DNA of 64,000 nt, taken from NCBI GenBank assembly GCA_017619715.1, contig JAFZRS010000008.1, forward strand, positions 14,934-78,933. The letters are read 5' to 3'. Numbering within the stretch: the first letter of the stretch is position 1; every line of letters begins with the position of its first letter. Position numbers and translations under genes: made by a program. The notes below the pieces were generated by a model. That model was not told the origin of the DNA, did no database searches, and saw only the letters and a list, made by a program, of their open reading frames with translations. Of the stretch, positions 9,901 through 18,154 are shown in pieces. The DNA is from Oscillospiraceae bacterium (GTDB lineage Bacteria; Bacillota; Clostridia; Oscillospirales; Oscillospiraceae).

Positions 9901-10605
9901 ATGGACAAGCCCTCTCTGACACAACAGCAAAAAAGGCGGATCGCCATCGGCGCTGTGATCTTTTTCGTACTGTTCAGCGCCGCGGTATTATGGTTTGTCG
10001 GACGCCCCATGATCCGCTTTGCCCAACAGCCGGAACTGTTCCGCGCCTGGGTGGACGAACGCGGCATATGGGGCAGGGTCGCCTATGTGGGCATGGTTTT
10101 CCTGCAGGTGCTGGTGGCGCTGATCCCCGGTGAGCCGCTGGAGATCTGCGGCGGCTACGCCTTCGGCGCCTTCTGTGGTACGGCGCTGTGCCTGCTGGGT
10201 GCGGCGCTGGGCAGCATTGCCGTCTTTGCCGCTGTGCGGCGGTTCGGTACGGCGCTGGTCGAGGCGTTTTTCTCCCGGGAAAAGCTGGATTCGCTCCGCT
10301 TTCTCCACAGTTCGCCCAAACGTGACGTCCTCTTCTGGCTGATTTTCACCGTGCCGGGTACGCCCAAGGATCTTTTATGCTATTTCGCCGGACTGACCGA
10401 TCTGAGCTGGGGAAAGTGGCTGCTGATCTGCACGGCGGGACGCCTCCCCTCCATCGTGACCTCCACAGTGGGCGGTGACGCGCTGGGCGTGCAGAACTAC
10501 ATATTCGCCATTGTCACCTTTGCCGTCACGCTGGCGGTCTCGGGTCTGGGACTGCTCATTTACCGTGCCGTCTGCCGAAAACACGGCAAGAACCAAAGAA
10601 CATAA
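9901..10605 (+). CDS. TVP38/TMEM64 (VTT, DedA-superfamily) membrane protein
   Basis: Hydrophobic; QVLVALIPGEP, GGYAFG and PGTPKDLLCYFAGLT...GRLPSI pattern. Confidence 0.8.
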   Translation: MDKPSLTQQQKRRIAIGAVIFFVLFSAAVLWFVGRPMIRFAQQPELFRAWVDERGIWGRVAYVGMVFLQVLVALIPGEPLEICGGYAFGAFCGTALCLLGAALGSIAVFAAVRRFGTALVEAFFSREKLDSLRFLHSSPKRDVLFWLIFTVPGTPKDLLCYFAGLTDLSWGKWLLICTAGRLPSIVTSTVGGDALGVQNYIFAIVTFAVTLAVSGLGLLIYRAVCRKHGKNQRT

Positions 10606-10620
10606 AAACGCAATATATGC

Positions 10621-10663
10621 AAAAGTTCCCGGTTCGACTTTCAGTCGAACCGGGAACTTTTTT
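10621..10663. terminator. Bidirectional intrinsic terminator
   Basis: AAAAGTTCCCGGTTCGAC-loop-GTCGAACCGGGAACTTTTTT between convergent genes. Confidence 0.9.
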
Positions 10664-10672
10664 GATACACGT

Positions 10673-11467
10673 TTACGCCAGCAACATCTTGTCGTTTGCC
10701 TCGTCACTGCCGCTGATCTTGTTGAACATCTCCAGGAGCTGAGACACTGTCAAGTGTTTTTTCTCCTCGCCGCTGATATCCAGCACCACGCGCCCGTTAC
10801 TCATCATAATGAGCCGGTTGCCGTGGGCAATGGCGTCTTTCATATTGTGGGTGACCATCATGGTGGTGAGCTTGTGTTCCGCCACGATCTTATCCGACAG
10901 CTCCAGCACCTTGGCCGCCGTGCGGGGATCCAGCGCCGCCGTATGTTCGTCCAGCAGCAACAGCTTGGGACGTCGCAGCGTCGCCATCAGCAACGTCAGC
11001 GCCTGACGCTGTCCGCCGGAAAGAAGCCCGGTGCGGGTGGTCATGCGATCTTCCAAACCCAGTTCAAGCTGGCGCAGCATCTCACGGTATTCGGCGCGCT
11101 CTTCCCTGGTAATACCCCATTTGAGACCGCGGTGTGTGCCGCGCCGCGCCGCCAACGCCAGATTCTCCTCGATCAGCATACCCGGCGCGGTACCCATCAT
11201 GGGATCCTGAAAAACGCGACCCAGATATTTGGCGCGCCGATGCTCCGGCAAGCGAGTGACGTCCTGTCCGTCCAGTACAATAGAGCCGCTGTCGGCGCTC
11301 ATGGTGCCGGACACCACGTTCAAAAGAGTGGATTTTCCCGCGCCGTTGCCGCCGATGACGGTAACGAAATCTCCGTCCTTCAACGTCAGATCCACGCCGG
11401 CAAGCGCCACCTTCTCATTGACCGTGCCGGGGAAGAAGGTCTTACGAACGCCTTTTACTTCAAGCAT
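10673..11467 (-). CDS. ABC transporter ATP-binding protein
   Basis: Walker A GGNGAGKST, LSGGQRQ signature, LLLDEHT. Confidence 0.93.
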   Translation of the reverse strand: MLEVKGVRKTFFPGTVNEKVALAGVDLTLKDGDFVTVIGGNGAGKSTLLNVVSGTMSADSGSIVLDGQDVTRLPEHRRAKYLGRVFQDPMMGTAPGMLIEENLALAARRGTHRGLKWGITREERAEYREMLRQLELGLEDRMTTRTGLLSGGQRQALTLLMATLRRPKLLLLDEHTAALDPRTAAKVLELSDKIVAEHKLTTMMVTHNMKDAIAHGNRLIMMSNGRVVLDISGEEKKHLTVSQLLEMFNKISGSDEANDKMLLA

Positions 11468-12386
11468 GTTTCGCGCCTCCTTTCCTCCTTGCACCGGATA
11501 CCTTGGACTGCCAGTAGGGGATCGCCAAAAACAGCGCCACGATGGCGGCAGAGAGCATTTTCAGATCATTGGTGTTCAGTCCCAACTGCAGCACGATCTG
11601 CAGCACGATATAGTAGATGATCGCACCGATGACCACCGCCAGCAGATGCAACGCAAAGTTATGGAAAACCTTGGCAAACAACACTTCACCGATGATGACC
11701 GCCGCCAGACCGATCACGATGGCGCCGCGTCCCATGCCCACGTCCGCTGAACCTTGGTACTGCGCCAGAAACGCACCGGCAAGCGCCACCAACCCGTTGG
11801 AGAGCATCAGTCCCAGGATCGTATAGCTGCGGGTGTTGATACCCTGCGCGCGCGCCATATGGACGTTGGCGCCTGTGGCGCGGATCGCACAGCCCTTCTC
11901 CGTTCCGAAGAACCAGTAGAGCGCCATGATGACGGCAATAATAAACACGATCAACAGCGGAATGGGGTTTTGCAGGTTCGTATCGCGCACGTAGCGCTGG
12001 GATACCACCAGCGGGTACTTATCCACGCTCAACGCCTGATTGGCTTTGCCGCCTAAAATCCGCAGATTGATGGAGTACAGCGCAAGCTGTGTCAGGATAC
12101 CTGCCAGGATCGCCGGAATGCCGCAGTGTCCGTGCAGTATACCCGTAACCAACCCCGCCACAAGTCCCGCGGCAAAGGCGCACAGCATGGCGGCCCAGGG
12201 ATTCCAGCCCATGCGGACCAGCATGACGCATACGGCGCCGCCGGTGGCAATGGAACCGTCCACCGTCAGATCCGCCACGTCCAGCACGCGGAACGTGATA
12301 TACACGCCGATCGCCATCAGTCCCCAGACCATACCCTGTGCCGCCGCGCCCGGCAGGGCATTGAGCAGCGATGTAAAGAAGTTCAT
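11460..12386 (-). CDS. ABC transporter permease
   Basis: DLTVDGS, AGILT...LYSINLRI and RATGAN motifs; many TM helices; start at MNFFTS. Confidence 0.9.
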   Translation of the reverse strand: MNFFTSLLNALPGAAAQGMVWGLMAIGVYITFRVLDVADLTVDGSIATGGAVCVMLVRMGWNPWAAMLCAFAAGLVAGLVTGILHGHCGIPAILAGILTQLALYSINLRILGGKANQALSVDKYPLVVSQRYVRDTNLQNPIPLLIVFIIAVIMALYWFFGTEKGCAIRATGANVHMARAQGINTRSYTILGLMLSNGLVALAGAFLAQYQGSADVGMGRGAIVIGLAAVIIGEVLFAKVFHNFALHLLAVVIGAIIYYIVLQIVLQLGLNTNDLKMLSAAIVALFLAIPYWQSKVSGARRKGGAKHA

Positions 12387-12490
12387 GGTATTCTCTCCCT
12401 TTGCCCGGTTACAACGTGCCCGGCAAACCGTTTTCATAACAGCAGGATATGGGGACACTTTCGTGTCCCCATATCCCCATGGTGTTTTCG

Positions 12491-13474
12491 TCAGCCTTTG
12501 ATGGCTTCATAACCCTCCACGGGGGTAATGCCCAGCTTCTCGCACAGCTCGGCGTTATACTTGGGCGTGCAGGGGGCATACTCCACAGGCATGGCGGATA
12601 CGTCCGCCTCGCCGGTCAGGATCTTGGCAGCCATCTGACCGGTGGTGTAGCCCAGATCGTAGTAACTGATGGACAGCGTGCACACGCCGCAGCCGGCGCA
12701 GATGCCTTCCTCGCCCACCGCCGCAGGTACGCCGGCGGGAACAAGCACGTTGGCAATCGCCTCGGTGTTGGCGGCGGCGACGTTATCGGTGGGGATATAG
12801 ATCACGTCGCAGGCATCACAAGCAGCCTGCGTCACGGATGTGACGTCGTTGGTGTCCGTGAAAGCAAAGTTCTGGCAGGTATAGCCCAGCTCGGTCAGAT
12901 ACTTGGTCATCTCCTCAATCTGATAGAGGCTGTTGGGTTCGGCGGAACAGTACAGCATACCCACTGTCTTGGCATCGGGGAACCATTCCTTCACCATCTG
13001 TGCCTGCTTCTCCAGATCCGCAAGATCGGAAGTGCCGGAAATGTTGCCGCCTACCGTGCCGTCAAAATCGTCCAGATCCAGCGCCAGACCGTACGCCGTG
13101 ACGGAAGTGCCCAGCACGGGAATGGTGGAGGTGGCGGAGGCGGCAGCGGTCAGCGCCGGTGTGGCGTTCGCCATAATCAGATCCACGCCGTCGGACACGA
13201 AACCGTTGACGATGGTGGCACAGTTGGTGCTCTCACCGCCGGCATTGCCCTCTTTGAAGGTGACCTTGCCGGGCAGCAGCTCGTTCAGTGCGTCCTTGAA
13301 GCCCTGGGTAGCGGCGTCCAGCGCCACGTGCTGCACCAGTTGGCAGATACCCACGGTGTATGTCTCTTCTCCGTCAGAGGTCTCATCACCCTGTGCGGGG
13401 GTGTTGTTTCCGCCGCAGGCAACCAGGCTCAAAACCATGCAGGCGGCCAGCAGCAATGCAAATAGCTTTTTCAT
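12491..13474 (-). CDS. ABC substrate-binding lipoprotein (TrpX-like, probably amino acid)
   Basis: Lipobox LVAC; ICQLVQHVALD, ANATPA, SGTSD and YIPTDN motifs; GAGGAGG RBS. Confidence 0.85.
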   Translation of the reverse strand: MKKLFALLLAACMVLSLVACGGNNTPAQGDETSDGEETYTVGICQLVQHVALDAATQGFKDALNELLPGKVTFKEGNAGGESTNCATIVNGFVSDGVDLIMANATPALTAAASATSTIPVLGTSVTAYGLALDLDDFDGTVGGNISGTSDLADLEKQAQMVKEWFPDAKTVGMLYCSAEPNSLYQIEEMTKYLTELGYTCQNFAFTDTNDVTSVTQAACDACDVIYIPTDNVAAANTEAIANVLVPAGVPAAVGEEGICAGCGVCTLSISYYDLGYTTGQMAAKILTGEADVSAMPVEYAPCTPKYNAELCEKLGITPVEGYEAIKG

Positions 13475-13610
13475 CAAATCGTTCCTCCTCTGTTTCGGCG
13501 GGCAAAAGAAAATGTCCACTCCATTGCCCTTACCATGCACCAGATACGCTTAAAAGTCAACTGTCAGATTGCACAAATTCCCATGCGGCACAAGCCTTTG
13601 GCGGCAGTTG

Positions 13611-13657
13611 ATTTAGCAGTTTAAAGGGCAAAACCTCTTTGCTTTAAAGGGATAAAG
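13611..13657. promoter_or_regulatory. Two palindromic operators, (C/A)TTTA-N6-TAAAG (HisR/YerC TrpR-family-like)
   Basis: ATTTA-GCAGTT-TAAAG at 13611-13626 and CTTTA-AAGGGA-TAAAG at 13642-13657; the second overlaps the candidate -10. Confidence 0.5.
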
Positions 13658-13677
13658 CCATTTGAGCAATCTGTCAA
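13649..13677 (-). promoter_or_regulatory. Candidate promoter of the ABC operon
   Basis: TTGACA-17 nt-TATCCC on the minus strand (weak -10). Confidence 0.45.
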
Positions 13678-13761
13678 ACCCGGCGGGAAAAATTTTTGAG
13701 AACACACCGCAAACGCGCAAAACCGGCGCGGCCGGCGTAAAAGAGAACCGGCGTGTTTCAC

Positions 13762-13790
13762 TTGACCCCTCGGGCGCGTTGGGATATAAT
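13762..13790 (+). promoter_or_regulatory. SigA-type promoter of xpaC-telA-TPM
   Basis: TTGACC-17 nt-TATAAT. Confidence 0.7.
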
Positions 13791-13822
13791 AGGCGTATAT
13801 GTCCGTGATCGGAGGCGACGAT

Positions 13823-14518
13823 ATGAAAAAGATCGTGCACAAATCGGCGATCCCCCTCTACGCCGCGGCGGTGGTATGGATTCTGTACGCGGTGTTGTTC
13901 CCATTGTATAAGCCGGGCCATTTCCTATTGGCGGCGATTGCGGCGGCAGTAGTGGGACTGATCGCCCGGGCGCTGTGCAAGGACGTGGTGGAGGAAGTCC
14001 CGGAGACCACCGGCAATGAGGAACTGGATCAAATGACGGCGGAGGGACGCCGTGCCATCGAGGAGATGAAGGCGCTGGACGAGCGCATTGCCGATGAGAA
14101 GATCAGCGCCGCTATCGTGCGTTTGCAGCAGGTGACAGAGCAGATCTTCCGGGAGGTGAAGTCGGAGCCGAAAAAGCTGCCCCAGATCCGCAAGTTTATG
14201 AGCTATTATCTGCCCACCACCCTCAAGCTGCTGCGCGCCTACGACAGCGCCTGCGCACAGGGTGTATCCGGTGAGAACATCGACGCCGCCAAAAAAGGCG
14301 TGGCGGGGATTATGGATCGGATTGTTGCCGCTTTTGAAAAGCAGTTGGACAGTCTCTTCGGCGATCAGGCGTTGGATATTTCCACCGATGTCACCGTACT
14401 GGAGAATATGATGGTACGGGAGGGCTTCAGTGCCGATTCCCTGCACCAAACGGTGCAGACGAACACCTCCTCTTCCGACACCGAAGAAGGCGAGGGCGGC
14501 ATTACGCTGGAATTGTAA
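13823..14518 (+). CDS. xpaC: XpaC-family (5-bromo-4-chloroindolyl phosphate hydrolysis) membrane protein
   Basis: Two N-terminal TM helices; RKFMSYYLPTTLKLL..Y and LDISTDVTVLE motifs; directly upstream of telA. Confidence 0.75.
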   Translation: MKKIVHKSAIPLYAAAVVWILYAVLFPLYKPGHFLLAAIAAAVVGLIARALCKDVVEEVPETTGNEELDQMTAEGRRAIEEMKALDERIADEKISAAIVRLQQVTEQIFREVKSEPKKLPQIRKFMSYYLPTTLKLLRAYDSACAQGVSGENIDAAKKGVAGIMDRIVAAFEKQLDSLFGDQALDISTDVTVLENMMVREGFSADSLHQTVQTNTSSSDTEEGEGGITLEL

Positions 14519-14577
14519 ATCGCTGACAAGCACAAATGCTTTACAGTATAACGCTATCAAAGAAAGGAACGATTGAC

Positions 14578-15738
14578 ATGAGTGAAAACATGACCCCTGA
14601 GCTGACACTGGAACCCTCCGCCACCGCCGTCCAACTCCCCGAGCTGACATTGGACGGCGCCGCGCCGGCAGCACCGCAGACGGAGACGAAGCCGGTGGAG
14701 CCGGTGCAGATGGACGAGAGCCTGCTCTCCGATGAAGAAAAGCGCGCGGTGGAGGAGTTCTCTCACAAGATTGACATCCGCGACACCAACCAGATTCTCC
14801 AGTACGGCGCCGCCGCGCAAAAGAGTGTTGCCAGCTTTTCCGAAAGTGCTCTGAGCAGCGTCCGCAACAAGGATTTGGGAGAGATCGGCGGAGATCTGAG
14901 CCGTCTGGTGGTGGAGCTGAAAGGCTTTGGCGAAACGGAAAAAAAGGGTCTGGCGGGTCTATTCAAAAAAGCGGGCAACAAGCTGGAAACCATGAAGGCA
15001 CAGTACAGCAAGGTCGAGGCAAATGTGGACAAGATCGCACAAAATCTGGAAAATCACCAGATTACGCTGCTCAAAGACGTCGCCATGTTCGACCAGATGT
15101 ATGAGCTGAACCTCAAATACTATAAGGAACTGACCATGTATATTCTCGCCGGCAAGAAGCGCTTGGAAGAAGTGCGCGCCGGTGAGCTGGAGGAGCTGCG
15201 CAAGAAGGCGGAGCAGACGGGGCTTGCCGAGGACGCCCAGGCGTACAATGACTATGTCAATCTCTGCAACCGTTTTGAAAAGAAACTTCACGACCTGGAG
15301 CTGACGCGGATCGTGTCCATTCAGATGGGACCCCAGACCCGTCTGCTGCAGAACAACGACACGCTGATGATCGAGAAGATCCAGTCCTCGCTGGTCAATA
15401 CCATTCCGCTGTGGAAGAGCCAGATGGTGCTGGCGCTGGGCATGGAACACGCCGCGCAGGCAACCGCCGCCCAAAACGCCGTGACGGAGATGACCAACGA
15501 ACTGCTTAAGAAGAACGCCGACAAGCTGAAAATGGGTACGATTGCCACCGCCAAGGAGGCGGAGCGCTCCATCGTGGATATTGAGACGCTGCAGCATACC
15601 AATCAGCAGTTGATCTCCACGCTGGACGAGGTACTGCAGATCCAGCGTCAAGGCGCCGAGAAGCGCAAGGCAGCCGAGGCGGAGCTGGGACGCATTGAGG
15701 GTGAGCTGAAGCAAAAGCTGATGGAGCTGCGTGGCTGA
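14578..15738 (+). CDS. telA: Toxic anion resistance protein, TelA/YaaN family
   Basis: QYGAAAQ, KKLHDLELTR..SIQMGPQTRL and IPLWKSQMVLAL; coiled-coil. Confidence 0.9.
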   Translation: MSENMTPELTLEPSATAVQLPELTLDGAAPAAPQTETKPVEPVQMDESLLSDEEKRAVEEFSHKIDIRDTNQILQYGAAAQKSVASFSESALSSVRNKDLGEIGGDLSRLVVELKGFGETEKKGLAGLFKKAGNKLETMKAQYSKVEANVDKIAQNLENHQITLLKDVAMFDQMYELNLKYYKELTMYILAGKKRLEEVRAGELEELRKKAEQTGLAEDAQAYNDYVNLCNRFEKKLHDLELTRIVSIQMGPQTRLLQNNDTLMIEKIQSSLVNTIPLWKSQMVLALGMEHAAQATAAQNAVTEMTNELLKKNADKLKMGTIATAKEAERSIVDIETLQHTNQQLISTLDEVLQIQRQGAEKRKAAEAELGRIEGELKQKLMELRG

Positions 15739-15774
15739 TTTCTCACAGCAGATACTCCTTGAAAGGAGCCGGAC

Positions 15775-16653
15775 ATGAACAAATTATCTTATAACCGCAC
15801 ACTGGCATGGATCTTGCTGGTGGCGGCGGTGGCTGGTGCGTGCCTGATCGGTCAGTTGCGCAAAGCCTCATTTGAGGCAAAAAAGCCCACCGAACTGTTG
15901 GACGTGCGCTATCATCAGTGGATCGAAGACAGCACGGGTATGCTTTCAGATGCCACCATTGAAACAGTATCTAAATATAATGCCGCGTGGGACAATAGCT
16001 ATCATGCCACCATTGCCATAGCAACAATTCCCACCCTGAACGGTTGGCAAGACGGCATGGATTACGGTAAGACATTGGGCGAAAAGTGGGGACTCAGTAG
16101 CCGTGATATGCTTTTGCTGCTGGTCAAAGATGGGTACTGGTACGCAATTCTGGGCAACGATGTACAAGATACCGTTCAGCAGAACAAGCAGGAAGAAAAG
16201 TTGGAATCGGCGATGAGCAACCCTTACTATAAGGGTAACTATGATGAAGCTGTGATCGCTTTTTTCCGACAGGCGGACATATACTACGCGCAGGCGTCGC
16301 AGTACTTTTACTCCTCAGTGTCCCCGGGATTAGGTGAATATCACTCGCCTAATGAATCCGGCATTTCTCTATTTGGTGTGCTGTTGCTGATCGTAGGCAT
16401 CTTTATCGTTTGGGCGCTGCTGGATCGCGTGCGCTACAACCGCTATCGCCGCCGCACGGTGGTGGTGGGTGCGCCCCGGGTGACGTATTATCCCATCTTC
16501 TGGGGACGTCACGCCGCGCCGCCGCGCCACGCACCGCCGCCTCCCGGCGGCTACCGTCCGCCTCACCCCACTCCTCCCGGACCGCCCCGCAGCAGCGGAT
16601 CGTACCGCGGCGGAAACACCGGCCGCGGAGGCTTCGGCGGAAAGAAAAGATAG
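15775..16653 (+). CDS. TPM-domain membrane protein with Pro/Gly/Arg-rich tail
   Basis: N-terminal anchor, IEDSTGMLS / IAIATI / KWGL..RDMLLLLV pattern, second TM helix, then PPPPGGYRPP...RGGFGG tail. Confidence 0.7.
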   Translation: MNKLSYNRTLAWILLVAAVAGACLIGQLRKASFEAKKPTELLDVRYHQWIEDSTGMLSDATIETVSKYNAAWDNSYHATIAIATIPTLNGWQDGMDYGKTLGEKWGLSSRDMLLLLVKDGYWYAILGNDVQDTVQQNKQEEKLESAMSNPYYKGNYDEAVIAFFRQADIYYAQASQYFYSSVSPGLGEYHSPNESGISLFGVLLLIVGIFIVWALLDRVRYNRYRRRTVVVGAPRVTYYPIFWGRHAAPPRHAPPPPGGYRPPHPTPPGPPRSSGSYRGGNTGRGGFGGKKR

Positions 16654-16672
16654 GGAATATGCCAGACACATG

Positions 16673-16713
16673 AAAAACCGCCGCAGAACAAAACTGTTCT
16701 GCGGCGGTTCTTT
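16673..16713. terminator. Bidirectional intrinsic terminator
   Basis: AACCGCCGCAGAACA-AAAC-TGTTCTGCGGCGGTT, a 15-bp perfect stem between convergent genes. Confidence 0.9.
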
Positions 16714-16741
16714 ATGTACTTGTACGGCGGCAGACTTTTTC

Positions 16742-18115
16742 TCAATCCTGCTGTGCCTTCTTTTTCCGCACCAATATGACCGTCACCGCGCCTGCCGCCA
16801 AAACTGCCGCCGCCACCGCGATCCACACGGCGGGAGAAATCCCGTCCTTTTGCACTTCGCCCACACCGGTGGTGAGTACCAAATCATCTTCTTCACCCTC
16901 AAGGGCAAGATCGAGCTCCGATGCGGCGGTGAAAAAGGAGGAAAAGCCGGTGGTATAGAAGGTGATTTGCCGGACACTGCCGTCTTCATAGGTGTTATAC
17001 TCCGCCTGTCCCAGCGGTTCGATCTCGCCGTCGGACATCTGATGGTAGACGTATATATCCCCTCCGCCAGCTAAAACGCCCTGATCCAGCGTGACGGTCA
17101 CGCGCACCGGGAAACCGATCCCCTGATGCCCTTCAAAGTAGATGGGGAGCAACCGCGCATCTTCCATCGACTCGTAGCCATTCCGCTTGGCAATGGTCTG
17201 CAGAAGATCCTCCATGCCCTCTTCACACCTGCCCGGCTGTACCGTGCTGACGATCTGCTGTACGTTGGTCAAAATCCCGGTAAGCTCCGCCTCGTCAAGC
17301 TCCGCGTAGTACCGCTGTTCCTCATCGGACATTCTGCGGATCTCCACCGCCGCGCCGGCGCGGGCGGCTGTAACGCCGGGCAGAGCCGGAATCTCAAAAT
17401 CGCTGTTGCGGTTTTCCGGGAGCGAAACGGTGCTCTCATTGGATATCGGATCGTCGGGCGGCGCGATCGGCTCACCACCGCCGCCGGACGGTGGTGTGGT
17501 CTGGGAATTGCCGCTGCTGCCGCCGCCATAGGTGGTGGATTTCCCGTTTACCCAAATCTTATCGCCGTTGACCGGCACATTCTGCACACCGTCATTTTCT
17601 CCCGGCCAAAAATTGGTCAGCAGATACCCCGCGCCCATGCAGTAGTGGCATTTCCAGTTTACCTTTCTCGATTCTTTGCAGTTGCCGTTCTGACAATCCG
17701 CTTTGCCCTGTCCGTTGCACCGGGTGCAGTTGTTCCAGCCGCTCCCGTGACAGGTCCAGCATACTTGTTTTCCTGTGCCGCCGCAGTTCTGATAGCCGCA
17801 GGGGGCTGTATCTGTGGGATTGCCATTTTCATCGTAGTTTTGCGTATAACCTTTTCCCATGCAATTTGGACAGGTGTAATAGCCGTGATCGCACGGTCCT
17901 TTGCCCGCCTCGCCCGTACACACAGACTTACCCTGACCGCCGCACCCGTCGCACGTTACAACGCCGGTATTGTTGCAGGACGGACAGTGAAACTGCCCGG
18001 TACTGCTGCAGTGATAGCACGGCTCCAGATCTTTTGCGTACGCCGTGACTGTCAGCGCGATGCAAACAATCACGAGGGTGAAAACCGCCGTCAAAATGCC
18101 TGTCCGCCTTTTCAT
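16742..18115 (-). CDS. Secreted, C-terminally membrane-anchored protein with DnaJ-type Cys-pair (CxxCxGxG-like) repeats; function unknown
   Basis: Signal peptide ending AYA, 20 Cys in ten pairs, Gly/Pro/Ser linker, C-terminal TM helix followed by RKKK; GGAGGAGG RBS. Confidence 0.8.
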   Translation of the reverse strand: MKRRTGILTAVFTLVIVCIALTVTAYAKDLEPCYHCSSTGQFHCPSCNNTGVVTCDGCGGQGKSVCTGEAGKGPCDHGYYTCPNCMGKGYTQNYDENGNPTDTAPCGYQNCGGTGKQVCWTCHGSGWNNCTRCNGQGKADCQNGNCKESRKVNWKCHYCMGAGYLLTNFWPGENDGVQNVPVNGDKIWVNGKSTTYGGGSSGNSQTTPPSGGGGEPIAPPDDPISNESTVSLPENRNSDFEIPALPGVTAARAGAAVEIRRMSDEEQRYYAELDEAELTGILTNVQQIVSTVQPGRCEEGMEDLLQTIAKRNGYESMEDARLLPIYFEGHQGIGFPVRVTVTLDQGVLAGGGDIYVYHQMSDGEIEPLGQAEYNTYEDGSVRQITFYTTGFSSFFTAASELDLALEGEEDDLVLTTGVGEVQKDGISPAVWIAVAAAVLAAGAVTVILVRKKKAQQD

Positions 18116-18154
18116 AATGAATACCTCCTCCGTGTCAACTGTAAGCCTCTATAA

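Noticed and set aside
13475-13700. T-box or metabolite riboswitch upstream of the ABC transporter, lysC or thrC
   Set aside because: No GGTGGTACC T-box, SAM-I, lysine, TPP, FMN or c-di-GMP consensus was recognised by eye; an Rfam scan was not possible.
16742-18115. Annotation as a dnaJ chaperone
   Set aside because: No J-domain or HPD motif and no DnaJ C-terminal domains; it has a signal peptide and a TM anchor instead.
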